The translations under genes and the position numbers were made by a program. Under the pieces are notes generated by a model. The model ran no database searches, was not told the DNA's origin, and saw nothing but the letters and a program-made list of their open reading frames with translations. This document shows, one piece after another, positions 35,601 through 44,747 of a stretch of 64,000 nt of DNA (positions are counted from its first letter, which is position 1; each line of letters starts with the position of its first letter). Source of the DNA: Podarcis gaigeae (lineage: Eukaryota); NCBI GenBank assembly GCA_964106915.2, contig OZ066915.1; one strand, written 5' to 3'.

Positions 35601-38600
35601 TATTCCAGTTGCCTTCTTTACAGTATGTGTATTTCATTCCTCCCTGTAATGTATGCAACATCTCACCACCACCAAGAAATAGCTGCACCTCCTCTTAGAT
35701 TACAGTTTTGGCAATGTAGGGATGGCTGCTACTTTTCTACATTATCTACAATACCCTCTGCACCTTATAAATCGGTTGTCTTTCTCCTTGAGCATCTGAA
35801 ACAACCCTGACATAATCATGGACAAGATAAGTGGGATAAAAAAGAAAATCAGACAAGTCTTAGCCTACCTTGAGGACCTCAATGTACTTTGAGGAGTGGG
35901 CAGAATGTACTGGGGGTGGGGGGAATCTACTGTAAGAATTCCAGTAAAAAAATATAATTATTGAAATTCAGAGTGTAAAATAAAACCACCAACTCTGATT
36001 TTTAGAACCCCAAAAGTGATAATTGAAAGAACAGCATTTACTCTTAACTTCACATGTTGCTCATTCTTTTCATCAGATGTCTCTAACCTTCAAATACTGT
36101 ATTTAATTGATTATTCCTCTCCGTAACATTAGAGGGATCTTTACTCCAACTACAATGTCTTACTGCTAAAAGATCCCCTACCAGGTTCGTAATTTTAAAA
36201 CAAAAACTCTACATTAACCCTAGGCGTTTAAGAAGACACTTGCTGTAACATTTAACCCAAATCTGAATTGCTAGACTATGAAATCAGCACCTCCAGTTCT
36301 TACGTCTCTCCCCACTGCCTCATAGATACTCAGGCTAAAGAAGATGGAGTACAGATGTACCGGTACTTTTTAATAATTTACACATCTGTTGCACTTGAAG
36401 ATGAGCATGGGAGAGCAACTCTATCATACAGGTAGACACCTGGGATTTTGCAATTTAAGGGTCACTCAAACCAGGCAGAAGCAGTAAATATGGACTCTTG
36501 TGCTGCTTTGAGCAGAGCAGCTCTCCATACGAAAACAAATTGCACCTTGTATCTGGACTCCGAGTCTGCATTGTGCAAAATGGGATTCATAGCATAAGAC
36601 ACCAGTAACACCCAGACTCATTTCATTTCAACATTTCACTATCTTGATGCTCTTGAGCCATCAACACTAAGTTATTGATACACCAGTGGCCCAACTCACC
36701 CACTTTTCCCATTATGGCTCCACTGGAAGTCAGAGATCTCTGTTATCTACAAACCATCAAGTATCACTTCCAACAAACAATCATTTTTCAGTAGAACTTT
36801 TAAGATTCTCCAGCTATTTTATGCTAGACCCTGGAGCCCCATCTCTGAAGTTACCCAGTAAGGCTGAGGCAGTAGGCCTGGGAAGTGATATTTCCTTATG
36901 CAGCCAATCAGACTGTGGCAACTTACCCAACCTGTCCCCTCACTGATGGCCAAGCAAGTGAGAGATGACCTCTAAAGGAGTTTAATGACTTCCATTTACA
37001 GCACTCCAATAACATATGGATTTGTATTTTTTGGAGACACAATGCCATGGATAGTGTTTCCTGGGAAGAGTTAAACACTTAGCAAGAGAATTCTTGGGCC
37101 AACCTCTCGTGCTTTGTCCTATTTGATTTAAGGCAATTCCATTGATATTTGGAAGGCAGGCAAAAAGAATCATTGTTTCTGTGGAATTTGTCAGGATGAC
37201 CTCAGGTTTGTGTATTTATCTTTGGTAAAATAGACAAAATAAACATACACACAAATCCTAGTCTCTTAACTCAGAAGGAAGTGGGAGGGGAGAACATGCC
37301 TGCAACATCGCTGAAGATTTTTGACATATTAGATTTATACTCCACTCAGAGCAGTGGCTTGTTTTACCATAAGTTTCACTTGAAGGCGCAAGTTTTCAAT
37401 GTAAACAAGTCTTATCTCTCCCCCCCCTTGGCAGAACACTATGCAAAAGAGCAGGCTGGATGACCATCTAGTGGGAATGATTAGGAATAGAGTTGGACTA
37501 GTTTACCTTTGAGAACCCTTCCAACTCTGTAAAGCACATTTCCTCCCAAAGGTAACTATAGTTAAGAGTGCTGGGAATTTCTGTTAGGCGTAAACAACAG
37601 TTCCCAGGATTCTATTTTTTGGAGGGTGGAGGTGCTTTAAATGTATGGTATGTATGCAACCTGTGATTATATGAAAAACTATGGTGCTGTGGGTTAAACC
37701 ACAGAGCCTTGGGCTTGCTGATCAGAAGGTCGGCGGTTTGAATCCCCGCAACGGGGATTCCCGTTGCTCGGTCCCTGCTCCTGCCAACCTAGCAGTTCGA
37801 AAGCACCTCAAAGTGCAAGTAGATAAATAGGTACCGCTCTGGCGGGAAGGTAAATGGCGTTTCCGTGCGCTGCTCTGGTTTCCCAGAAGTGGCTTAGTCG
37901 TGCTGGCCACATGACCCAGAAGCTGTACGCCGGCTCCCTCGGCCAAAAAGCGAGATGAGCGCCGCAACCCCAGAGTCGGCCACGACTGGACCTAATGGTC
38001 AGGGGTCCCTTTACCTTTACCTTATACTTTGTTTTATTTACTTGCTGTTAGAACAACACACTTTTTCAGTCATAGGCTTGCAAAACAGCTTGCAACATTC
38101 ATTAAAACTATACAGCCATCATTTTGAAAGCACAAGAGCAAACCTTGGCTGCAACATCTGGTTAGCAAGGAGAGAGCGTAACCAAGGGCCCGAAATCGGG
38201 TTACATGCTAAGCCAAACCGTGGCTTATTTCAGTGTGTTATGGGAGTAAAAAAAAAAATATTGGTGAGGAGAAAAGTGCAAGTGAGCTCCTTTACAAGTG
38301 CCTATGTGTTTCTGTGATCCTAGTAAGCTATAGTTCGGCTCACTGTGATGTGTGAACGAGGCTAGATAAAGCCTTATGCTTGGCAGGGGACAACCTTACC
38401 CCAGAAGATGGTGGCAACTGAAGCAGCATTTTTTTTCACTTTAGCCTAATTCCAGGGACAGGTAAATATGGGGGGAAACATTCCCTTAAAAATGTCAGGA
38501 CCGTGTAGGTTTCTAAATGTCACAGTCAACACTTTGAATTTGGCCAGGAAACATGTAGGTAACATGCAGAGCTCACCTAGAATTAGTGGCATGGCAGCTC

Positions 38601-41352
38601 TGTGATCAGCCCCAGACTAGGTGAGCTGCTACATTTTAAAGCAACAGAAGTCCTAAGGCAGACGCCTACATAGCGCAATACAGTAGTTTGAGCTGAAAGG
38701 TTACCAAAGCTTACAAGAAAATGGTTACGTCCTTGGATGAAGATCATGGTAATATTCGCAGGTCTCCAAACTATAATTCAAAGGAGGTCCTCAGTACGTG
38801 CTCTAAATAGGTCACCGGAGGTAGGATTGCAATGTACACGCCTGAACTGATGAAAGAACCATGGCTAATGGCTTATTTCAGTCTGTATACATTCATTGCT
38901 GATATTCTCATGTAGGACGTTTATGTATCATTTATATTGGCAGTAGAAATAGTCCATGATAGTAAGTCTATGATACTGTATCATACATTTTATGTACGGT
39001 AACTGTACATACAGAAACCATAATTTTTGTCACCTACAATGGTTAACGCTAGCGACAACTTCCCACCTGTACCTCAAACAAAGGCTGCTCTCCTACGTAC
39101 ACTTTTTGGGAAGTAATCCCCATCAAACACAGTGGTAGGAAATTCATATACTGACTATATTTGTTATACAAAGTACTATACGCAACAAGCATTCTGCTTA
39201 TGTAGTGCTACAATTCCATTTTGGAAAATTTGGGATGAAGTACAAATCGACATGAAGAACCTGTGCTCTATTTCCATGCTGCAGCTAAGGTCTATCCTCT
39301 AAACATCAAGGTTAGTGTTTGATCACCATGTGTATCATGCAAGAGACACCAGAGCAAAGATGCTCTTATGTTTAAACCCTTTATCTAAATTAACACTTTT
39401 CAGTTTATCGCACTCAATATGCAAGTGACCCTCAGACACATCTGCCCTGTAACTTGGGAGTCTATGGGAATATCCTTGGGATTCTAACCGTTTCCTGCTG
39501 CTGCTGTGGCTCCATTTTTAGTGCTATAGTAATATTCTAAAATGCTAACTGTAAGGATCAATGTGGACAGGTTTCTACTTACAAGAAAACGTTTTTTCAT
39601 AAAAGTAGCACCAAAATAAGATGGGTAACAGTCACAACAGCACCCTGTATGTCTTCACCCCAAGACAAAGAGGTGGTAATTAAAATGTGGGAAAGAGATT
39701 GGAAGAGTGCCCCTACAAAGCGACTCTGTTAGAAACTCTAAAAGAAACAAAATTTATGGGACTAAAAGAGTCATAAAGTTTACTTTTAGCCTAGAATCAT
39801 TTGAAAAATATGCAATCCTACCATCAACTCTGTAATCTCTCAACCCCCAACACCCCGTCTTTAAAAATAACACCGAAATGAGTCTTAAAAACAATACTGG
39901 CTCACTGTAAAAGAATGCAATGGCCCGGAGAACCATCCCCCTTGTGTCCTCCTCGCTTCAGGAAGGTGGCAGTATTGCTTTGGGATTACTGGGTTAGAGA
40001 GCAAGCCCTCTTCTTTCCAGTGAATGGCACTGTACCATTACCATAATACACCAATGGATTCTGAGGAATGACTTATTCTCATGAAATGTGATTACAGTGA
40101 TAGAGAAACCACAGCAAAGTACTGGACCCAAACTGTGTAGAACCCCAGCCAGCCAGAGTCTCTTCATTTGTACATACAACTCTGGAGTTTTCAACTAGCT
40201 GCCAATTTTATATTTTCTAAGCAAACACTGCAAATGACCACCCAGCTGCCTCAAACGTCTTCATAAAACCCTAGTGGATTAGCAACAGTACGATAAGTTT
40301 CTGATCTTCTCGTTATCTCTGGTGTACTAGAGATCAAAAACCGCCACCCTTCCCCAAGCTGAGTGGGTGACATTCTGGAATGGGTGAAACATACAGGAGA
40401 ACGTGTACACTGGATGCACACAGCAACAACTCGGATGACAGGAAAAGAGTGCTATTTAAAATAATAATTGGTATAGCCAAACCCAATAAGAATAACGTAT
40501 AAACACAAGCATGCACACAAGAACACACACTATACAATGCTGAATTTATCTAAAGTTGCTGTGACCCTAAGCTTGCAATAGGACTGATTTCTATGTGACT
40601 GTCTCCTGCCTTTATTCACCATTACTCACCTTTATTCACGTTGGATGTCCTCAAAGAAGATGCCCCTAATGGGGCTTCAACACACTCTGGAGATCTGGTA
40701 CATGTTTTTTTGTTGCAAAGCTTTAGAAAATGGCAATCAGTCGTTTGGCTCTAGCTATATTTCTCTGGTGATGTCATTTTAAATACTTTGCATGTTCCAT
40801 TTGTTTTTTGTACTTCTAAAAAAAAAATCGATGCCTTTCTGCAAATTCATGTTTGTCCAATTAGTCACAGAACCCTAAGGCTGGCTGCCTGGATGCTGGA
40901 GTAAAGCATCAAGGCTAGGATATACAGGACAGCATCTGACTTGTATGGATGGGAGGAGATCTACTGCTTGTCATAACAGCCCTTATGGATTTTTGGTCCA
41001 GTTCTCATTCAAATATGTGGAGAACTCAGAATTGTAGAGCGTTTGGGTTTGTTTGTTTTTTAGTAAGCTACGCCACAGACATAAATTGTAAGTAGGGAAA
41101 GAGCAGAAAGAGAGGGAGCAGACAGAAAGGAAAACGCATTTCTTCATTTGCAGAGTAGCCTCTGTGAGAGCGAGCCCATGACAGCTTTACGACTCCCTGG
41201 TTATTTTACTTGCATGCTGCTTAATAAGAAACAGCCTCCAGCTGAGGCTTGTAGTAGAGAAAAGTTTTAGGAGAAATTCTTGCCGAGTTAGCCCTACCTG
41301 ATCTGAATTTGCTCCGAATCAGCATAGAATGCTCAGACCCCAGAAGTGTCAT
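5230..41352 (-). CDS. MYOCD: Myocardin, full spliced CDS, 13 coding exons, 939 aa: join(complement 41298-41352, 30606-30671, 24432-24487, 21569-21644, 19502-19663, 17324-17499, 15818-15943, 13134-13390, 11641-11794, 9447-10397, 8284-8397, 7362-7419, 5230-5798)
   Basis: Exons assembled by hand. All introns are GT-AG and phases join without stops (55+66+56+76+162+176+126+257+154+951+114+58+569 = 2820 nt). The N-terminus MTLLGSEHSMLIRSKFRS and C-terminus DLHLQQW are diagnostic of myocardin rather than MRTF-A/B. RPEL x3, basic, Q-rich, SAP, coiled-coil and activation domains are all present. Confidence 0.97.
6335..6570 (-). mobile_element. 3' end of the same LINE family as 11883-12895
   Basis: Shares CATTGGGATTTCTTCC..CTAAA.AGTGCCA..AGATACT.TTGA..AAA..CTCAGCCA with 11970-12040. 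Confidence 0.7.
6820..7177 (+). mobile_element. Sauria SINE, full length
   Basis: Head GGACGCAGGTGGCGCTGTGGGTTAAACC and (ACCTTT)n tail; 12-bp TSD TATGACTAGGGG at 6808-6819 and 7178-7189. Confidence 0.9.
7362..7419 (-). CDS. MYOCD: MYOCD penultimate exon (QMTRSQQMDELLDVLIETG)
   Basis: ttttttcttgctgcag|CAGATG...GGAG|gtaggc; 58 nt; conserved MDELLDVLI motif. Confidence 0.95.
8284..8397 (-). CDS. MYOCD: MYOCD exon (VPAQGSQKYSILSP...QPPPYADAVKQ; PPxY motif)
   Basis: ttggttccacacag|GTGCCA...AAACAG|gtaaca; 114 nt. Confidence 0.9.
8703..8956. mobile_element. hAT-type MITE
   Basis: CAGGGGT...TACCCATG termini; degenerate 8-bp TSD (GTTTAGGG/GCTTAGGT); inverted homolog at 33645-33877. Confidence 0.8.
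9414..9430. repeat. (AAT)n microsatellite just downstream of the exon 10 donor
   Basis: Direct inspection. Confidence 0.85.
9447..10397 (-). CDS. MYOCD: MYOCD exon 10 (SAP domain [26 protein letters not shown]; coiled coil DKMLVEKQKVINELTWKLQQEQRQVEELRMQL)
   Basis: ctttcattccag|GTGTCG...GCTCCA|gtaaga; 951 nt; lies inside ORF 9384-10427. Confidence 0.96.
10717..10843. mobile_element. Short hAT-type MITE
   Basis: CAGGGCTTATTTTT...AAAAATAGCACTG TIRs; 6/8 TSD match (TCTGCACC/CCTACACC). Confidence 0.65.
11641..11794 (-). CDS. MYOCD: MYOCD exon 9 (...KPGPLPSNLDDLK; start of SAP domain)
   Basis: ttttttacag|GCAACCC...TTAAAA|gtgagt; 154 nt. Confidence 0.95.
11883..12895 (-). mobile_element. Non-LTR retrotransposon 3' part (post-RT region, CCHC knuckle, 3' UTR); RTEX/L2-group-like, clade uncertain
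   Basis: ORF 12350-12889 (IFQAKVSSQLLFGVPIW...FLRCILGL...YVELG) and the downstream peptide GRYLNIPRNDRHCRC...DTVEHILFYC; AT-rich tail ending AATAAA. Confidence 0.8.
13134..13390 (-). CDS. MYOCD: MYOCD exon 8 (SRF-binding basic region and Q-rich domain)
   Basis: gccccatttag|TCAAAACC...CTGAA|gtgagt; encodes KPKVKKLKYHQYIPPDQK and LLQQQQLFLQLQIL; 257 nt. Confidence 0.97.
14058..14172 (+). mobile_element. tRNA-derived SINE with CR1-like tail (Squam3-like), internally deleted
   Basis: tRNA-like head GTAGCTGGTTAGAGCATGGTGCTGATAATGCCAAGGT joined to the tail GGGTTGGACTAGATGATCCTCAGGGTCCCTTCCAACTCT..ATTCTATGA. Confidence 0.7.
15818..15943 (-). CDS. MYOCD: MYOCD exon 7 (DHSVGSENDTADMTSLRNGQPESPKQQNGQQTPPGTVTTSAK)
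   Basis: ttttgattccag|GATCAT...GCAAAG|gtatga; 126 nt, open frame, GSEND motif as in mammalian exon 7. Confidence 0.9.
17324..17499 (-). CDS. MYOCD: MYOCD exon 6 (GNQGNFSKSSDAFAFEEDSSNDGLSPEQ...GATQ)
   Basis: ttcttccttcttgccacag|GTAACC...ACTCAG|gtaaaa; 176 nt; conserved FAFEEDS motif. Confidence 0.95.
19502..19663 (-). CDS. MYOCD: MYOCD exon 5 (DSATEGSVQATQMKLKRARLADNLNEKIALRPGPLELVEKNIIPVDSAVKEAIK; RPEL3)
   Basis: ggctttacag|ATTCAG...ATCAAAG|gtaata; 162 nt; overlaps ORF 19401-19628. Confidence 0.96.
19846..20183 (+). mobile_element. Sauria SINE, 5'-truncated, longer-body subfamily
   Basis: Shared core GCTCCTGCCAACCTAGCAGTT..AAAGCAC and CTTTACCTTTACCTTT tail. Confidence 0.88.
20985..21080. 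mobile_element. Short old hAT-like MITE (GGACTACAA.TCCCATCA family); similar copies near 6585-6690, 14850-14950, 16230-16330, 48830-48930 and 50440-50540
   Basis: Inverted GGACTACAATTCCCATCA / TGATGGGAGTTGTCC core. Confidence 0.5.
21569..21644 (-). CDS. MYOCD: MYOCD exon 4 (TEDYLKHKTRNRPERSELVDMHILQ; RPEL2, internal Met80)
   Basis: ttcttatgttctgtag|ACTGAAG...TTACAGG|gtaaga; 76 nt. Confidence 0.94.
21790..22462 (+). mobile_element. CR1 LINE 3' fragment, split by the hAT MITE
   Basis: GATTCAAGTTACAGGAAAAGAGATTTCAGCTCAACATC..AAGAGCTGTT..CAGTGGAAC, and the tail GGGTTGGACTAGAT|GACCCTCAGGGTCCCTTCCAATTCTA reconstituted across the insertion. Confidence 0.8.
21933..22423. mobile_element. hAT-type MITE nested in a CR1 3' end
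   Basis: CAGGGGTCTGCAACC...GGTTGCAGACTCCTG TIRs; perfect 8-bp TSD GACTAGAT at 21925-21932 and 22424-22431. Confidence 0.9.
24188..24219. repeat. (AC)n microsatellite
   Basis: ~16 AC units. Confidence 0.95.
24432..24487 (-). CDS. MYOCD: MYOCD exon 3 (PLKTPSPFHEQKKSLERAK)
   Basis: tttctgattgcag|CACTGAAA...GCCAAG|gtaacc; 56 nt. Confidence 0.95.
26760..26996. mobile_element. Old palindromic MITE
   Basis: GTATCCAA...TTGGATAC termini with internal inverted segments (AAATCTG / TAGATTT). Confidence 0.45.
28704..28902. mobile_element. Penelope-like element pLTR insertion with inverted partial duplication
   Basis: AGTAGCACCTTAAAGACCAACTAAG..GGTATGAGCTTTCGTGTGCATGCACACTTCTTCAGAT motif; 56-bp perfect inverted arms; flanking direct repeat AGTATCAATCAA at 28692-28703 and 28903-28914. 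Confidence 0.8.
28760..28795 (-). ncRNA. Minimal hammerhead ribozyme motif (Penelope type), stem I truncated
   Basis: Minus strand reads AU-CUGAAGA-A-GUGUG(CAUG)CACAC-GAAA-GCUC-AUAC: both catalytic boxes, a 5-bp stem II, palindromic AGCU stem III and a UC cleavage site. Confidence 0.7.
29870..30060 (+). mobile_element. MIR/CORE-like SINE
   Basis: GAGACCTGGATTCAGATCC..CTGGGTGGCCTTGGGCAAG..CTCAGTTTCCCCATCTGCAAAA CORE motif. Confidence 0.65.
30606..30671 (-). CDS. MYOCD: MYOCD exon 2 (VLQLRLQQRRSREQLANQGIMP; RPEL1)
   Basis: ctctctcccag|TTTTACAG...ATGCCAC|gtgagt; 66 nt. Confidence 0.95.
32609..32644. repeat. (AT)n microsatellite
   Basis: ~18 AT units. Confidence 0.95.
33645..33877. mobile_element. 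hAT-type MITE
   Basis: CATGGGTAGGCAAACT...AGTTTGCTGACCCCTG; perfect 8-bp TSD TTGTAAAG. Confidence 0.88.
33918..34052. mobile_element. hAT (Tip100-like) MITE
   Basis: 13-bp perfect TIR TAGGGTTGCCATA/TATGGCAACCCTA. Confidence 0.75.
37683..38023 (+). mobile_element. Sauria SINE
   Basis: Near-identical to 6820-7177; TTACCTTTACCTT tail. Confidence 0.9.
38500..38760 (-). mobile_element. Degraded L2-like LINE fragment
   Basis: CAACACTTTGAATTTGGCCAGGAAAC..TACAGTAGTT..GGTTACCAAAGC. Confidence 0.45.
41298..41352 (-). CDS. MYOCD: MYOCD coding exon 1 (MTLLGSEHSMLIRSKFRS; cardiac-isoform MEF2-binding peptide)
   Basis: Minus strand reads caccATGACACTTCTGGGGTCTGAGCAT...AGATCAG|gtaggg; good Kozak context; 55 nt. 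Confidence 0.95.
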
Positions 41353-41830
41353 GGTGATGCCTTGTGATAATTCCCAGTGCCAGAAAGCCCCTCAACGCTC
41401 AAACCATTAACTGGCTCCAAGAAGAGAAGCTGATCATGACCAATGAATCACAATTCATCTAGCCCTCCCTTGGAGTCTAGGTGATTGCAGAAAGCAGCAG
41501 AAGTGTAACTCAGGAAAGGTTTGGTCCCATCCAGCACTGACCCTCCGCGAAAGCCTACTGTATGCCCTTGCTCTGTGTTGGGCTAATTAACTTTTAGCTA
41601 GCAGACCCCTCCTTTCTATCCCACCCTCCCCTCCTTTCTCAGAGTTTACTATCAGCAACATCACCGGGTGTCCTGACTGATGTCATAGTCTAGCGGGGAG
41701 CCGACTATCCCTAAAGGGTCTTTAGGAAAGACAGAAGTTTGATATCTGATCCGCTATTACTACCAACAGGAACTTGGCCAATCAAGAGCTTCCCTCCCTC
41801 TGACTGCAGGGGTTCGGAGCAGCTCTGAAA
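41353..41830 (-). promoter_or_regulatory. MYOCD 5' UTR and proximal promoter (TSS not mappable)
   Basis: Immediately upstream of the ATG and free of recognisable repeats. CCAAT at 41778-41782 overlaps a TTGGCCAA palindrome; TGACATCA (CRE/MEIS-like) at ~41678-41685; no clear TATA box. Confidence 0.6.
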
Positions 41831-43869
41831 TATCAACAGACTCCTGCTTAACTCTTTCCAGCATACAGAGCCTGTTGCTACCAGGAATTCAAGAGGAAGG
41901 GCTCGGCTGCATGGTTCCTGCAGTGGATTTTAATAGCTCACATCCCAAGGATGGGATTTCTTGACTTCAGCGGAGGTTTTTGGATGGCATAGTGGCTGTG
42001 TGTTAGACTAGTTTTTGCTTTAAAGTGAATCTAGTGATACAGGCATCACCTATTAATAAACCCATTGATACGTCACACAAACACAAACTAATCATCGAAA
42101 ACTCACAAAACTCAGACATCCTATGTGGACACAACTTTGCTGCACAACCTTAGCAGTACAAACAAGAAGAACAGAGGTCCTTGTAAGCGCATAAAGTATG
42201 TAACTGACAAAGTTCTCACCATGCATTATATCCCAAGCACCGTCACCTATATTCTGCTGACAAATCTCCATCAAAGTTCCCAAGCTCAAATAACTGTCCT
42301 TTTAAAAAATACCTTCAAAACAATATTCCACATCACTCAGGGGCTGATTTAAAAACAGCACAAGCATCATTTTAGTTAATTATTCTTATTCATGCTTTTC
42401 AGTAAAGTCTATTCAGATATTTGAGCCCTTTTCAGGTGTAATTAATGCACATGGTGGGATGTGTATCATCATAATATTTGTAATGTCTAAAAATGGTCCT
42501 GATTATATACTATTGTGCTCAGATAACTCTCTCTGCATGGTTAGGAACCCTGGAAAAGCAGCCTTGTTGAACACACAGTGAGAGGTCTTTGCATTTGCAG
42601 TTTTTAACAACAACAACAACAAAGTTAGTGTACACCCTGTCTTTCCACACTAAGATGCCCAAAGAAACTGTACAGATGAGAATATGTTCAGATCTTACAC
42701 CGGATGCACACGGATTTGGGGTGGGGACTTTCACCACAGAGTTGCCCCTCGGATTCAATTTCATTTAATACACTATAAAACATTTGAAAAGGGCTCTGGC
42801 TGTGAGCCATCAAGTGTGGAATAATCAAGAGATTTATGAATAAATGACATATACACATGTATTGACTCAAAGGGTGACAGTTTGGCTTAGCAGTTCATGT
42901 ATCTCTAAGGTTTAAATATGGATTCACAGAACTCAAAAGAGACCACAAAGCCACATATTCCTTTGCAATGAGGCTTTTCTCTGTTCACACATTATAATTT
43001 AAGACTTCCTCCAGTAATGAATTGTCTGACTTGGATTTTCCCCTGGTGATGTCAATTAACATTTACCTTAAGTATCAGACTCTTCAGAACAAAAGTTCTT
43101 TTCTCAGTAGCTGCTTGATCTCATTAAAATGAGATTGAAGAAAGACAAAGTATCATATGTAAAGAAAAGAAGAAAATAAAAATATAGGATAGTGGATAAC
43201 AGTATAGCAAGTGTCATTTCGGATAGTCATTATTTTTTATTTAAAACTTACATTCTGCTTTAAAGGGGGGATCCAAGGTAGTTCAGAAATAAACTTAAAA
43301 CAAAGCTATTAATACAAAACTAGTTTAAAAGTACAATCAAAACCATTACAAAGCCATGTCTGCCCCCCCCCAAAGTCCTCATAAGGAGTAACATCTTGAT
43401 CAAGGGGGTAAAACCATACAGTGACTCTTTATTAGTATTAAGTGTTTAAAGACAGACAGACAAACAAACAAACAAACAAACCCAGCATTTTGATTTGAGC
43501 TATCCATGACTCAACAGACTGATCCCATTTTAAGCTAAAATTGTTGGGTCAAAACATATTTGGTTTATTTCACCAACTATTGGCATAGTTAAAGTATTAA
43601 TGTATTAGGACATTAACAAAAATACTTAAATGTTGAGTACAATAAATCTGTCTATGAAAGTAGCTGGACACCAGGCACTAGAATTTAACAAGAAACACTC
43701 TCTTTTATGTTTCATGTACTCAGAAAGACTTTCACCAGGCTTTATAAGGAGTTTGTTGTTGTTTTAACACATTTCTGTTTTAAAAACTTTTTAAGCTGGT
43801 TTCTCTGACTCCCCATAATTTATTACCTCACAATATACATCTTGGGCTGAATTCTTGCAGAAGTGCTCA

Positions 43870-44012
43870 GAAGAAGAATAAGAGGAAGAGTTTGGATTTG
43901 ATATCCCACTTTATCACTACCCGAAGGAGTCTCAAAGTGGCTAACATTCTCCTTTCCCTTCCTCCCCCACAACAAACACTCTGTAAGGTGAGTGAGGCTG
44001 AAAAACTTCAGC
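43870..44012 (-). mobile_element. 3' part of an L2-tailed lizard SINE
   Basis: GAAGAGTTTGGATTTGATATCCCACTTTATCACTACCCGAAGGAGTCTCAAAG..CCCCACAACAAACACTCTGT.AGGTGAGTG.GGCTGA. Confidence 0.6.
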
Positions 44013-44199
44013 TCTGTTTCTAACAGATAGTGGTATTCCATAATGTTTCAGAAGGCAGTGTGCCGCAGGCCCTTTATGCAGAAGGACTTCTACACCAACC
44101 CTCCACAATGGATTCAAGCACAGTGCCAAGAAGCACACTTGCAGCAATGACACATGCAGTGGCTGGTATAGTAACCGCTTCTCGCAAATGAATTTTGTA

Positions 44200-44412
44200 C
44201 AGTGGTACCTCAGGTTACAGACGCTTCAGGTTACTCCGCTAACCGAGAAATAGTACCTCGGGTTAAGAACTTTGCTTCAGGATGAGAACAGAAATTGCAC
44301 CGTGGTGGCGCGGCAGGCCCCATTAGCTAAAGTGGTACCTCAAGTTAAGAACAGTTTCTGGTTAAGAATGGATCTCCAGAACGAATTAAGTTCTTAACCC
44401 GAGGTACTACTG
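44200..44412. mobile_element. Tc1/mariner-type MITE (CAGTGGTACCTC TIR family), inverted relative to the 47065 and 59497 copies
   Basis: TA|CAGTGGTACCTC...GAGGTACTACTG|TA. Confidence 0.85.
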
Positions 44413-44695
44413 TATTCCTCTACGAAGATGCCCACAATTACTACAGGCAGTCAACTGAATAAGCTTGCTTCATTCATTCATTCATGTAAGACTGAGCCAA
44501 AATGGCACCACTAATTTCAGTACTCCATCAACAAGTTTCTCATAATTCTTAAGCAGCAATGGGTTCAAGGCTACCAATTCCCTGTCTTTGATTTTCAGAG
44601 GCAAGCATCTGAGTTTATGTAGCCAAAACAGCATTATCCACACACTAGTCATTTGTCAGCAGACTCGGAGAATTCCCAAAATCTGCAGTGATATG

Positions 44696-44712
44696 AAGGA
44701 AGGAAGGAAGGA

Positions 44713-44744
<32 letters not shown>
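44696..44744. repeat. (GGAA)n(GA)n compound microsatellite
   Basis: Direct inspection. Confidence 0.9.

Positions 44745-44747
<3 letters not shown>

Noticed and set aside
5230-41352. Calling the gene MRTFA or MRTFB because of the intact RPEL2
   Set aside because: Exon 1 (MTLLGSEHS..IRSKFRS), the C-terminus (SPWETMEWLDL...DLHLQQW) and the exon sizes match myocardin.
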